DNA from: Pseudomonadota bacterium
GTDB lineage: Bacteria; Pseudomonadota; Gammaproteobacteria; Burkholderiales; Casimicrobiaceae
Direction of reading: 5' to 3'
DNA: 64,000 nt
Assembly: GCA_041691615.1 (NCBI GenBank)
Contig: JBEPUI010000009.1
Span: 12,888-76,887 of the forward strand
The notes under the pieces were generated by a model. The model saw nothing but the letters and a program-made list of their open reading frames with translations, was not told where the DNA came from and made no database searches. Both the position numbers and the translations under genes were made by a program. Of the stretch, positions 55,787-63,354 are shown piece after piece (within the stretch, counting starts at the first letter, position 1; each line of letters starts with the position of its first letter).

Positions 55787-57121
55787 ATGACCACCACCGT
55801 CGACATCGAATCGCTGGACCAGGAAGGACGCGGCATCGCCCGAGTCAACGGCAAAGCGGTGTTCGTCGAAGGCGCGCTTACCGGCGAACGCGCGACGATG
55901 GAAGTCTTCAACAAGCGTCCGACGTACGAGCTCGCACACGCGATGTCGATCGTCAGCGCCAACCCATCGCGCGTGTCGCCGCGCTGCCCACACTTCGGCG
56001 TGTGCGGCGGATGTACGCTGCAGCATGCCGACGGCGCGCTGCAAATGGCGGCCAAGCAGCGAGTGCTGGAGGAAGCGCTGTCGCGCATCGGCCGCGTTCG
56101 TCCGAAGACGCTTTTGCCTCCAGTGCACGGGCCGCAATGGCGATATCGCTACCGTGCGCGGCTATCGGTGCGCGACGTGCCGAAGAAAGGTGGCGTGCTA
56201 GTCGGCTTCCACGAGCGCAAGTCGAGCTTCGTCGCCGACATGCGCGAATGTCATGTGGTGCCGCTGAAGATTTCAGCGCTACTGGTGCCGCTGCGCGAAG
56301 TGATCGGCGCGTTGTCGCTGCGCAACCGGCTGCCGCAAATCGAGGTGGCGGTGGGTGAACGCGGCGGCGCACCGGTCCATGTATTGGTGCTGCGCATCCT
56401 GGACGCGCTCGAGCCCGCCGACGAAGTGCTGTTGCGCGCGTTTGCCGACACGCACGGCGTCGAACTGTGGCTGCAGACCGGCGGCCCGCAAACCGTCGTG
56501 CCTTTCCATCCCGTCAATTCGACGATCAGCTACACGCTTCCCGAGTTCGACATCGACATGCCGTTCGGCCCCGCCGAATTCACCCAAGTCAATCCGTCCA
56601 TCAACGCGGTGCTGGTGCGTCGCGCGATGGCGATGCTGAAGCCACAGCCCGGGGATCGCATTGCCGACTTTTTTTGCGGACTCGGCAATTTTTCGCTGCC
56701 GATGGCGCGACGGGGCGCGCGGGTGATCGGCATCGAGGGCAGCGCAGCAATGGTCACGCGTGCCGCGGAGAACGCCGCGCACAACGGGCTTTCCGATCTC
56801 ACTCAATTCCAACTTGCGAACCTGTTCGCGGCCACGCCCGAGAGCCTGCAGGCATTGCTGCCGTTGAGCAAGGCGCTGATCGACCCGCCGCGTGAAGGCG
56901 CGATCTCGCTCGTCAAATCGTTGCCGGGCGTCGACGATGCCAACGCGCCGACGCGCATCGTCTATGTGTCATGCAATCCTGCCACGCTGGCGCGTGACGC
57001 GGCGGTGCTGGTCAACGAGCGCGGCTATTCGCTGGAGGCCGCCGGCGTGGTCAACATGTTTCCGCACACGGCGCACGTCGAGTCGATCGCGCTGTTCGCC
57101 ACGCCCGATGTCGTCGAATGA
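55787..57121 (+). CDS. rlmD: 23S rRNA m5U1939 methyltransferase
   Basis: TRAM domain, [52 protein letters not shown]. Confidence 0.95.
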   Translation: MTTTVDIESLDQEGRGIARVNGKAVFVEGALTGERATMEVFNKRPTYELAHAMSIVSANPSRVSPRCPHFGVCGGCTLQHADGALQMAAKQRVLEEALSRIGRVRPKTLLPPVHGPQWRYRYRARLSVRDVPKKGGVLVGFHERKSSFVADMRECHVVPLKISALLVPLREVIGALSLRNRLPQIEVAVGERGGAPVHVLVLRILDALEPADEVLLRAFADTHGVELWLQTGGPQTVVPFHPVNSTISYTLPEFDIDMPFGPAEFTQVNPSINAVLVRRAMAMLKPQPGDRIADFFCGLGNFSLPMARRGARVIGIEGSAAMVTRAAENAAHNGLSDLTQFQLANLFAATPESLQALLPLSKALIDPPREGAISLVKSLPGVDDANAPTRIVYVSCNPATLARDAAVLVNERGYSLEAAGVVNMFPHTAHVESIALFATPDVVE

Positions 57122-57153
57122 CGACAGAATCGATGAAGGACGAACTCAGGGCG

Positions 57154-57184
57154 AAAAAAAACGGGGCAAGTTGCCTTGCCCCGT
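57154..57184 (-). terminator. Rho-independent terminator of yccA
   Basis: 10-bp stem acggggcaag/cttgccccgt followed by a T run on the minus strand. Confidence 0.85.
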
Positions 57185-57202
57185 AATGCTGTTGATTCCA
57201 AA

Positions 57203-57925
57203 TCAGTCACGCTGCCCTGAAAATGCCATGAGCAGATTCAGTAAGCTGACGAAAATATTGTACAGGTCCAAAAAGATTTTCAACGTCGCCATCACGTAAT
57301 TTGTCTCGCCGCCGTTGACGATGTTGCTCAAGTCATACAGTACGAAGCCCGAGAACAGCAGCACCGCGACGCCCGACAGCGCAAGGCTGGCAGCCGGCAC
57401 CTGGAAGAACAGGTTGGCCAGCATCGCGACGATCAGCAGCAGTAACCCCACCGACAGGAAGTTGCGCATGAAGGAAAAATCCTTCTTGCTGATCGTGGCG
57501 ATCGCGGCCATGCCGAAGAAGATAACGGCCGTCAGGCCACCGGCGATGCCGACCAGCTGGCCGCCGTTGCGCAGGCCCGCCGCGTGCGTGAGAATCGGCG
57601 TCAGGAAAACGCCGGCGATGAAGGTGAATACAAACAGCGCGGCCACGCCCCAGCTGCTGTTGCGCAGGCGCGTGACCACGAACATCGTGCCCATCATCGC
57701 GGCGAACATCATGAGCGGCGTGGCGATCGGATGCGCGACGAACGCGGCGAAGAAGTTGAGCTGCATGCCGAGCCACGCGCCGGCGATCGTCGGCAGCAAT
57801 GACAGCGCCAGCAGCATGTACGTGTTGCGCATCACGCGGTTGCGATCGGCGGCCGCGGACGGCTGCGCGATCTGGCCGGGCAGCGTGGCCGAGGAACTCA
57901 TCACGGGCTCGAACTTGGTTGGCAT
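57203..57925 (-). CDS. yccA: Bax inhibitor-1/YccA family membrane protein
   Basis: VMRNTYMLL, seven TM segments, GGETNYVMAT..FLD.YN.F..LL; divergent from tRNA-Ser, as in the known yccA-serT order. Confidence 0.92.
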   Translation of the reverse strand: MPTKFEPVMSSSATLPGQIAQPSAAADRNRVMRNTYMLLALSLLPTIAGAWLGMQLNFFAAFVAHPIATPLMMFAAMMGTMFVVTRLRNSSWGVAALFVFTFIAGVFLTPILTHAAGLRNGGQLVGIAGGLTAVIFFGMAAIATISKKDFSFMRNFLSVGLLLLIVAMLANLFFQVPAASLALSGVAVLLFSGFVLYDLSNIVNGGETNYVMATLKIFLDLYNIFVSLLNLLMAFSGQRD

Positions 57926-58109
57926 GCTTTCTCCACTGCGGGCAGGAAAGGGACAAATCGATTGCCCGCGAACCCTTAGAGTACCAAATAATCAGGGGGT
58001 TCCGGCGACGTGATCCTGCGGCACGACCGCTTGCCGCCATGTGGGGGGCATGCAGGGTTGTTCAAGGTCTCGCTCAGCCACGGCGCGTTCGCGGATAATG
58101 CCGTGCACC

Positions 58110-58199
58110 GGAGGCGTGGCCGAGCGGTCTAAGGCACGGGTCTTGAAAACCCGCGAGGGGGCAACCCCTCCGTGAGTTCGAATCTCACCGCCTCCGCCA
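58110..58199 (+). tRNA. tRNA-Ser (anticodon TGA)
   Basis: ggaggcg...cgggt-ctTGAaa-acccg, long variable arm, ttcgaat T-loop, cgcctcc-gcca; 90 nt. Confidence 0.96.
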
Positions 58200-58264
58200 C
58201 GTAAATCTCAGTAACTATTTGTTTCTGCAATGTAATGTAGTTACATTCTTGCGGCAGTTCGGAA

Positions 58265-58284
58265 ATTTACCCGTCTATTTACCC
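58265..58284. repeat. Paired 8-bp direct repeat, candidate integrase arm-type sites
   Basis: atttaccc at 58265 and 58277 (12-bp period). Confidence 0.5.
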
Positions 58285-58363
58285 ACTTTGTATGGCGTGA
58301 GCGCGATCACGGCGTCTGGGGCGGAGGTTTATCCACGAGTGTCCTGCGCGCGCAAGTCAGCGT

Positions 58364-58576
58364 CTAATGGTGTCGCTCATTGCTAGGCGTTGCCGGCACG
58401 TCGTGCGCGTATCGTCTATTCCACTTGTAGATCGCATATTCCGGCGACGGGTCGGACGGCCCGCGTGCACCGCATTCGGGGCACTGCACGGTATATGGCC
58501 CCTCGGAGTGCTCGCTGCCCTCCATAATTTCGCACCTCTCGTGAGTGCAATGGGGGCAGGGGCGAATGGGTTCCAT
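58364..58576 (-). CDS. Lar-family (restriction alleviation)-like zinc-ribbon protein, 70 aa
   Basis: MEPIRPCPHC...VQCPECGARGP......AIYKWNRR matches the Lar pattern PCPxC...CxxCGAxGP...AIxxWNRR. Confidence 0.65.
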   Translation of the reverse strand: MEPIRPCPHCTHERCEIMEGSEHSEGPYTVQCPECGARGPSDPSPEYAIYKWNRRYAHDVPATPSNERHH

Positions 58577-58693
58577 CGGCAAAGGATAGCGCGGCAGGAA
58601 TGGGGTGGGGTGAGCGTGTACTCGCCTGTGGCATCCGCCAAGATACTGGCGAGCTGCCATTGGCAACGTGAGACGCGTGTGCCAGAAAGCACC

Positions 58694-58721
58694 AAAGAAA
58701 ACGGCCCCGCGAGGAGGCCGT
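58694..58721 (-). terminator. Terminator following the displaced tmRNA/tRNA 3' fragment
   Basis: acggcctc-ctcgc-ggggccgt followed by tttcttt on the minus strand. Confidence 0.75.
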
Positions 58722-58733
58722 CATTAGTAGGTT

Positions 58734-58758
58734 TGGTGGAGGTGGGCGGAATCGAACC
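58734..58758 (-). other. 25-bp tmRNA/tRNA-like 3' end fragment (candidate att site)
   Basis: Minus strand ggttcgattccgcccacctccacca: T-loop, 3' acceptor strand and CCA, with no matching 5' half upstream. Confidence 0.7.
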
Positions 58759-58806
58759 ATGGCCTTCCAGCCCTTCGCTATGGTGTTTCTAGTCGACGCA
58801 CCTGCC

Positions 58807-58826
58807 CTTACCACCATTCTTACCAC
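58807..58826. repeat. Paired 8-bp direct repeat, candidate integrase arm-type sites
   Basis: cttaccac at 58807 and 58819 (12-bp period), about 50 bp inside the att-like fragment. Confidence 0.5.
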
Positions 58827-58890
58827 TCCAGAGTGTCACTAGAGGGAAAGTCTGACTGATTCAGACACTTTCCCTAAAAATCAATTGCGA

Positions 58891-60066
58891 TCAGGCCCAC
58901 CATCGACGCCGGCGCCACAGCATTACGGCAATCGTCAGCATCGCGACGCCTATCGCCATGACCGACCCCGTTTGAAGCCACCAATGAATACCCGAATCGA
59001 TGTCGCATGAATAGGTACCTTCGTTCAAATCGTCACAAATGAGTTCCACTGCTGCGCCTTGGCTCCACGGGCCGCGGCCCGGACGCTCGATATGTGCAGT
59101 GATCGGCGGAGAAACGATATTTTCGATCGCGACATCGAGGATTGGCGAATGAAAGGCGGTAACGTGGCCCCCCACGCGCGTGGCGCGAAGCTCGCCTAAG
59201 ATTCCAAACGACGCAGCCACCGTGATTAGCACTCCAAACATCACCAATATCCGCAACAACCATTTCCATCGCTGCGAACGAGGCTGATCGTATCCGGCAA
59301 ACGGCCCCGAGGTGCCGCGCTTCGTGGCCGCCGTCGCGACGCTGCCCACGTTGTCATGGGCGCGGCCCTTCACGGGCAACGAGAACTCGGCGTAATAGTC
59401 GAGGCCGCGCAACGGCGCTCTGACTTCAAGGGACCAGCGGGCGCGGGCGCTCGAATTGGATTGGTTTGTGCCCGCGCCGGTCGCGAGTCCGTTTTCGGGG
59501 ATCACGAGCTCGATCGGAATACCTGCGCTGGAGTGCGTTGAAGCGGGTATGGTCTCGAACCCCTCCCACAGGCAGGACATTCCCGACGTCGATTTACCTC
59601 CCGTCGAGTCCGTCGTGTGCAGGTCGCAGCGCAGGCGCACTTTGAAGTCCCCGAGCGGCGACAGATCTTGACTGGTGCGAACGAGGCCCTTGAGTTTCTC
59701 GCCCAGCCGAGGTGGGCTGACCACTAGCGCCGAGCTGCCGAACTTGCGGAAGCGCAATGAGTGCACCGTTGCGCTGGCAAGCTGAACCGTGCCGAACAGT
59801 CCGGTGCATAGAACGCCGAATAGCGGCAGCGGGTTGAAGTCGCGAGCGTTGATCGCGAAGGCGGCCGGGTAGCCGACCCATAACAGATCGCCCACCACGA
59901 TGGCGATCGCCAGCGCCCAAAAGAAGAACGCGCCCTTGAACGCCTCGGGTCCAGCATCCGGCGCTTCGGCAATGATCGTGAGGGCCGACTCATTCGTCGC
60001 TGAGGTCATGTCGCAACTCGCGTTGAGAGAATGGGATGGAACATCGCCCCTGGTCGGAAGCGACAC
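58891..60066 (-). CDS. Hypothetical multi-pass membrane protein
   Basis: 391-aa ORF with two N-terminal TM segments, a soluble beta-rich region and two C-terminal TM segments; start may be the downstream ATG (MTSATNE). Confidence 0.7.
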   Translation of the reverse strand: MSLPTRGDVPSHSLNASCDMTSATNESALTIIAEAPDAGPEAFKGAFFFWALAIAIVVGDLLWVGYPAAFAINARDFNPLPLFGVLCTGLFGTVQLASATVHSLRFRKFGSSALVVSPPRLGEKLKGLVRTSQDLSPLGDFKVRLRCDLHTTDSTGGKSTSGMSCLWEGFETIPASTHSSAGIPIELVIPENGLATGAGTNQSNSSARARWSLEVRAPLRGLDYYAEFSLPVKGRAHDNVGSVATAATKRGTSGPFAGYDQPRSQRWKWLLRILVMFGVLITVAASFGILGELRATRVGGHVTAFHSPILDVAIENIVSPPITAHIERPGRGPWSQGAAVELICDDLNEGTYSCDIDSGIHWWLQTGSVMAIGVAMLTIAVMLWRRRRWWA

Positions 60067-60254
60067 CTACGCGCGGCTAACGAAGGCGGGCAAGTCAGTT
60101 AGCGACCGATAAGTGTAATCGCGAACACGACCAGCCGACACAATGAAATCGCTATAGTCGATAACAATGCAACTGATCGTGGTTCGGGACTATAGCTGCG
60201 GCTAAGAACCAGCGCCGACACTGCTGGCGTTCTAGCCGGTCCTTCGCTTTCCCT

Positions 60255-60298
60255 GCCATCGCGGCGGGATGGGTGTGGAGTTCGTAGCGGCCGCACAT
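60255..60298 (-). pseudogene. SRAP (YedK/HMCES) family 5' stump, copy 1
   Basis: MCGRYELHTHPAAMA, then loss of similarity; 43/44 nt identical to 63301-63344. Confidence 0.65.
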
Positions 60299-60353
60299 TC
60301 GGAAACACCGCGCATCCACGCCAACTCGACGCGGACACAGCTTTAATGAATTG

Positions 60354-60629
60354 TCACTTTGCAGGCGAAGTGCGGCGTAGCCAAAAGATGAGCCAGCCGA
60401 CGGCGGCTCCAACGACGCCGCCACAAATACCGCCAAAGAAGATGCGCTGGCCTATGAAGTAGGCCACTAGGGCACCTATGCCGTAGCCGCCAAGAATAAA
60501 CCAAGCCACTTGACGATTCCGCGCCGTCTTGAGGGATTGCGCATCGAGTTTTCGGCGATTTTCCCTTTGCGCGACGATGCCAGGCTCAAGAATAGCGTCG
60601 CCGATCTTCTCTGCTTGTGCCTTATCCAT
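60354..60629 (-). CDS. Small hypothetical membrane protein (91 aa)
   Basis: Two C-terminal TM helices with GxxxG motifs; SD-like aggg before the ATG. Confidence 0.6.
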   Translation of the reverse strand: MDKAQAEKIGDAILEPGIVAQRENRRKLDAQSLKTARNRQVAWFILGGYGIGALVAYFIGQRIFFGGICGGVVGAAVGWLIFWLRRTSPAK

Positions 60630-60776
60630 ATGAGCACCCTGTTAAACAATATGACGAATCAGGTATTCGACGTACCGCCCAGCGAATTGCAAGGTGACAT
60701 ACAACTTGGACGACATACGCAGATCGACGGGATAAGGTGCATACCTCATCGCAAATGCTGCACCAATGGCAACAGT

Positions 60777-61904
60777 TCATTGCGACAGGGCATCCATTCG
60801 TGCCTGCATCTTCGCCACGGTAGCCTCAAGCGCCGCGATGCGCGCGTCCTTATCTTGAGTCTCGCTTTCCAGCTTGGCATTCAATCCCTGGATCGCCGCG
60901 AGGGCGACACCTTCGGCGTCGATCAGCGTGATGGACTTGTCGTCGCTACCAAGACCAAAGGCCGCACGGAAGTCCTGCGAGAACGTGCCCATGTGCCGGA
61001 TCTCGGGCGACTCGTTCATGTAGCGCCAGCGCATCACGGGAAGCGCAATAGCCTTGGCTAGCACGTCTTGCGGATCGATGGCGGAAAAGTCGCGTTTAAC
61101 ATCGCGTGAGCTGCTGCAGGCCCAGCTACCGCCGCCGCCCGCAAGCGAACAGCCGACCGTGCCCGACTTGTCGGACAGCATGCGAATGCCGCCGCTGGCG
61201 GCAACGATGAATTCATTGGCGGTGCCGCTAGTAACGTCCAACTGCGTGGAGTCAGCGAAAACGAACGAGCCCGTGGCCGCCGCCGCGGTCCTCGCGCGAA
61301 ACCCGAGCGCGTACGAATAGGCGCCAGCGGCGAAGTTTTCCTCACCGCCGAGTGCCACCGACCCAAACCCGCTCGCTGTATTTACGTCTCCGCCGATCAC
61401 CACCGATTTGTCGCCGCTAGCGACGTTCGAGTCGCCGCCATCGACTGCAGACGCAGTGCCGCTCGCGGTGTTGAATTGCCCACCCGTGACGCTCGAAAGA
61501 TAAGCTGCGCTGTTACCGCTACCGCCGCCGACAAAGGCATAGCCGCCGCTCGCCATGTTACCCAAACCACCGACGATCGCATTGTGGTCGAAGGCCCCGA
61601 CGCCGGTTGTGTTGTTCTCGCCGCTGCCAATGAAATTGGTAAACGTCCCAAGCGAATTGGAGCCGTTTCCGCGTCCCATGCGTTGCAGAAACAGTGCCAT
61701 CTGCAGGCGTGTCACGTAGTCGTTGGGGCAATAGGTCGTTCCAGTGCACCCCAACGTGATCCCTTTATCCTTCAGATAGGTAACAGCAGAGCAATAGGTC
61801 GTATTGGCATTGTCGACATCGGTGAACCCGTCGCAGGACGCAGCGTGAGCGCCATAGGTCAACACGCTGGCGCAGATTCCGACTAAGGTGGACACGATTC
61901 GCAT
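60777..61904 (-). CDS. Exported fibre/adhesin-like protein 1: signal peptide + SLH-like domain + GGxxN repeat head + peptidase S74 chaperone
   Basis: FTDV...KGITLGC...YCPNDYVTRLQMALFLQR; roughly 14-aa VxGGxxNxAxG repeats; SSRDVKRDF...ITLIDAEGVALAAIQGL followed by a coiled coil; SD ggag. Confidence 0.82.
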   Translation of the reverse strand: MRIVSTLVGICASVLTYGAHAASCDGFTDVDNANTTYCSAVTYLKDKGITLGCTGTTYCPNDYVTRLQMALFLQRMGRGNGSNSLGTFTNFIGSGENNTTGVGAFDHNAIVGGLGNMASGGYAFVGGGSGNSAAYLSSVTGGQFNTASGTASAVDGGDSNVASGDKSVVIGGDVNTASGFGSVALGGEENFAAGAYSYALGFRARTAAAATGSFVFADSTQLDVTSGTANEFIVAASGGIRMLSDKSGTVGCSLAGGGGSWACSSSRDVKRDFSAIDPQDVLAKAIALPVMRWRYMNESPEIRHMGTFSQDFRAAFGLGSDDKSITLIDAEGVALAAIQGLNAKLESETQDKDARIAALEATVAKMQARMDALSQ

Positions 61905-61940
61905 GGGTGTTCTCCAGTTGGGCATTAAGTGTGGCGGCAG

Positions 61941-62954
61941 TTAGCGCGGCAGCGCGGATTCGAGCTTGGCCAGCCGCTGCTCCAAGGCATCGATCCGTGA
62001 ATCCTTTGCGCGGTTTTCGCTCTCTAACTTAGCGTTGAGACCTTGGATCGCCGCCAGGGCGACACCGGTTTCATCGATGCTGGTGATGGACTTGTCGTCG
62101 CTGCCCAGCAGAAACGCAGAATGAAAGTCCTGCGACACCGGGCCGAGATGGCGGCTTTGCGCGCCTTCGGTGATGTAGTTCCAAGTCGTGATCGGCATAG
62201 CGCTCACCTTGGCGAGTACGTCGCGCGGATCGATGGCACGGAAGTTCTCTTTAACGGCGCGATCGCTGGTTGCTGACCAGGCCCCGCTGCCCGCAACGAC
62301 ATAGGGTCCCGTCGCCGGTTGGCCGGATGCCACGCCGGTGACGAACCAAACACCGCCGGTCGCGCGCACGTTGAAGGTATTCCTGGCGTCGGCCCATCCG
62401 GGCGTGGACCCGGCAGCGGAAGGTTCGAACACCTCCCCGATGTCATCGGCCCACACGAACTCGCCATCCGCAACGGCGTTCGCATCATGGCCTGCCGCGA
62501 AGCTGAAGAAACCACTGGCGGCGTTGCTGGTGCCCCCGCTGACCGTGCTTCCGTAGCCATCGGCGATGTTGCTGCTGCCCCCGCTGACCGTGCTTCCGAT
62601 GCCACCGGCGATGTTGTAAGCTCCCCCGCCGACGGTGCTATAGCCCCCCGTGCTGGTATTGTGGTCACCGCCGCCGATTGTCGTGGTGGAGTCCCCCAGC
62701 ACGTTGTTCGGACCTCCGCGACCCGCGCGCTGCAGGAACAACGCCATCTGTAGCCGTGTCACATAGTCGTTGGGGCAGTAGTTGCTGCCGTCACCGCATC
62801 CCAGCGTGATCCCCTTGTCCTTCAGATAGGTCACTGCAGAGCAGTAAGTAGTGTTGGCACTGTCGACATCGGTGAACCCGGCACAGGCTGCTGCATATGC
62901 AGGCGCGCTGGAGACCGTTGCAATCGCAACTGCGAGAATGAATAGGAGGCGCAT
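61941..62954 (-). CDS. Exported fibre/adhesin-like protein 2 (same architecture)
   Basis: MRLLFILAVA signal, near-identical SLH block, GG repeats, SDRAVKENF...GVALAAIQGL. Confidence 0.82.
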   Translation of the reverse strand: MRLLFILAVAIATVSSAPAYAAACAGFTDVDSANTTYCSAVTYLKDKGITLGCGDGSNYCPNDYVTRLQMALFLQRAGRGGPNNVLGDSTTTIGGGDHNTSTGGYSTVGGGAYNIAGGIGSTVSGGSSNIADGYGSTVSGGTSNAASGFFSFAAGHDANAVADGEFVWADDIGEVFEPSAAGSTPGWADARNTFNVRATGGVWFVTGVASGQPATGPYVVAGSGAWSATSDRAVKENFRAIDPRDVLAKVSAMPITTWNYITEGAQSRHLGPVSQDFHSAFLLGSDDKSITSIDETGVALAAIQGLNAKLESENRAKDSRIDALEQRLAKLESALPR

Positions 62955-63233
62955 GAGTATTTCCCTGTAGGACGCCCGAACGGGCTGGGAAACAGTCTGC
63001 GCGCGGCTGGCGAACCGGCGCAAGCCTCCGGTGCAGGGGCAGCCGTACCCTAGCGGGCTTGGCCATTCATGATGGGCATCATCGCTTTCCACCGCATAGT
63101 CCCGCTCCCGAATCGGAGCTGCAGGTTGTCGTCCGACCGAAAAATTGATGCGCTGTTGCCGACTTCCGCCGCCTTGCCATCCGGCTGCAGCGTTTCCTCG
63201 AGCCGGCGCCAGTCGAGAGCGGACGACTGGCCG

Positions 63234-63344
63234 CTACTGCGACCGCGCGACGTTGTAGCGCGGCGTCACGTCGGCGGGAGTCGGAATACCGCGGGCGAGC
63301 GCCATCGCGGCTGGATGGGTGTGGAGTTCGTAGCGGCCGCACAT
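63234..63344 (-). pseudogene. SRAP (YedK/HMCES) family 5' fragment, copy 2
   Basis: MCGRYELHTHPAAMALARGIPTPADVTPRYNVARSQ followed by TAG; PRYNVA is the typical SRAP motif. Confidence 0.72.
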
Positions 63345-63354
63345 GTCTGTGCCG

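Noticed and set aside
58734-58758. Complete or permuted (two-piece) tmRNA gene
   Set aside because: The T-stem is broken upstream, and no GGGGG 5' segment follows the CCA; only a 3' fragment is present.
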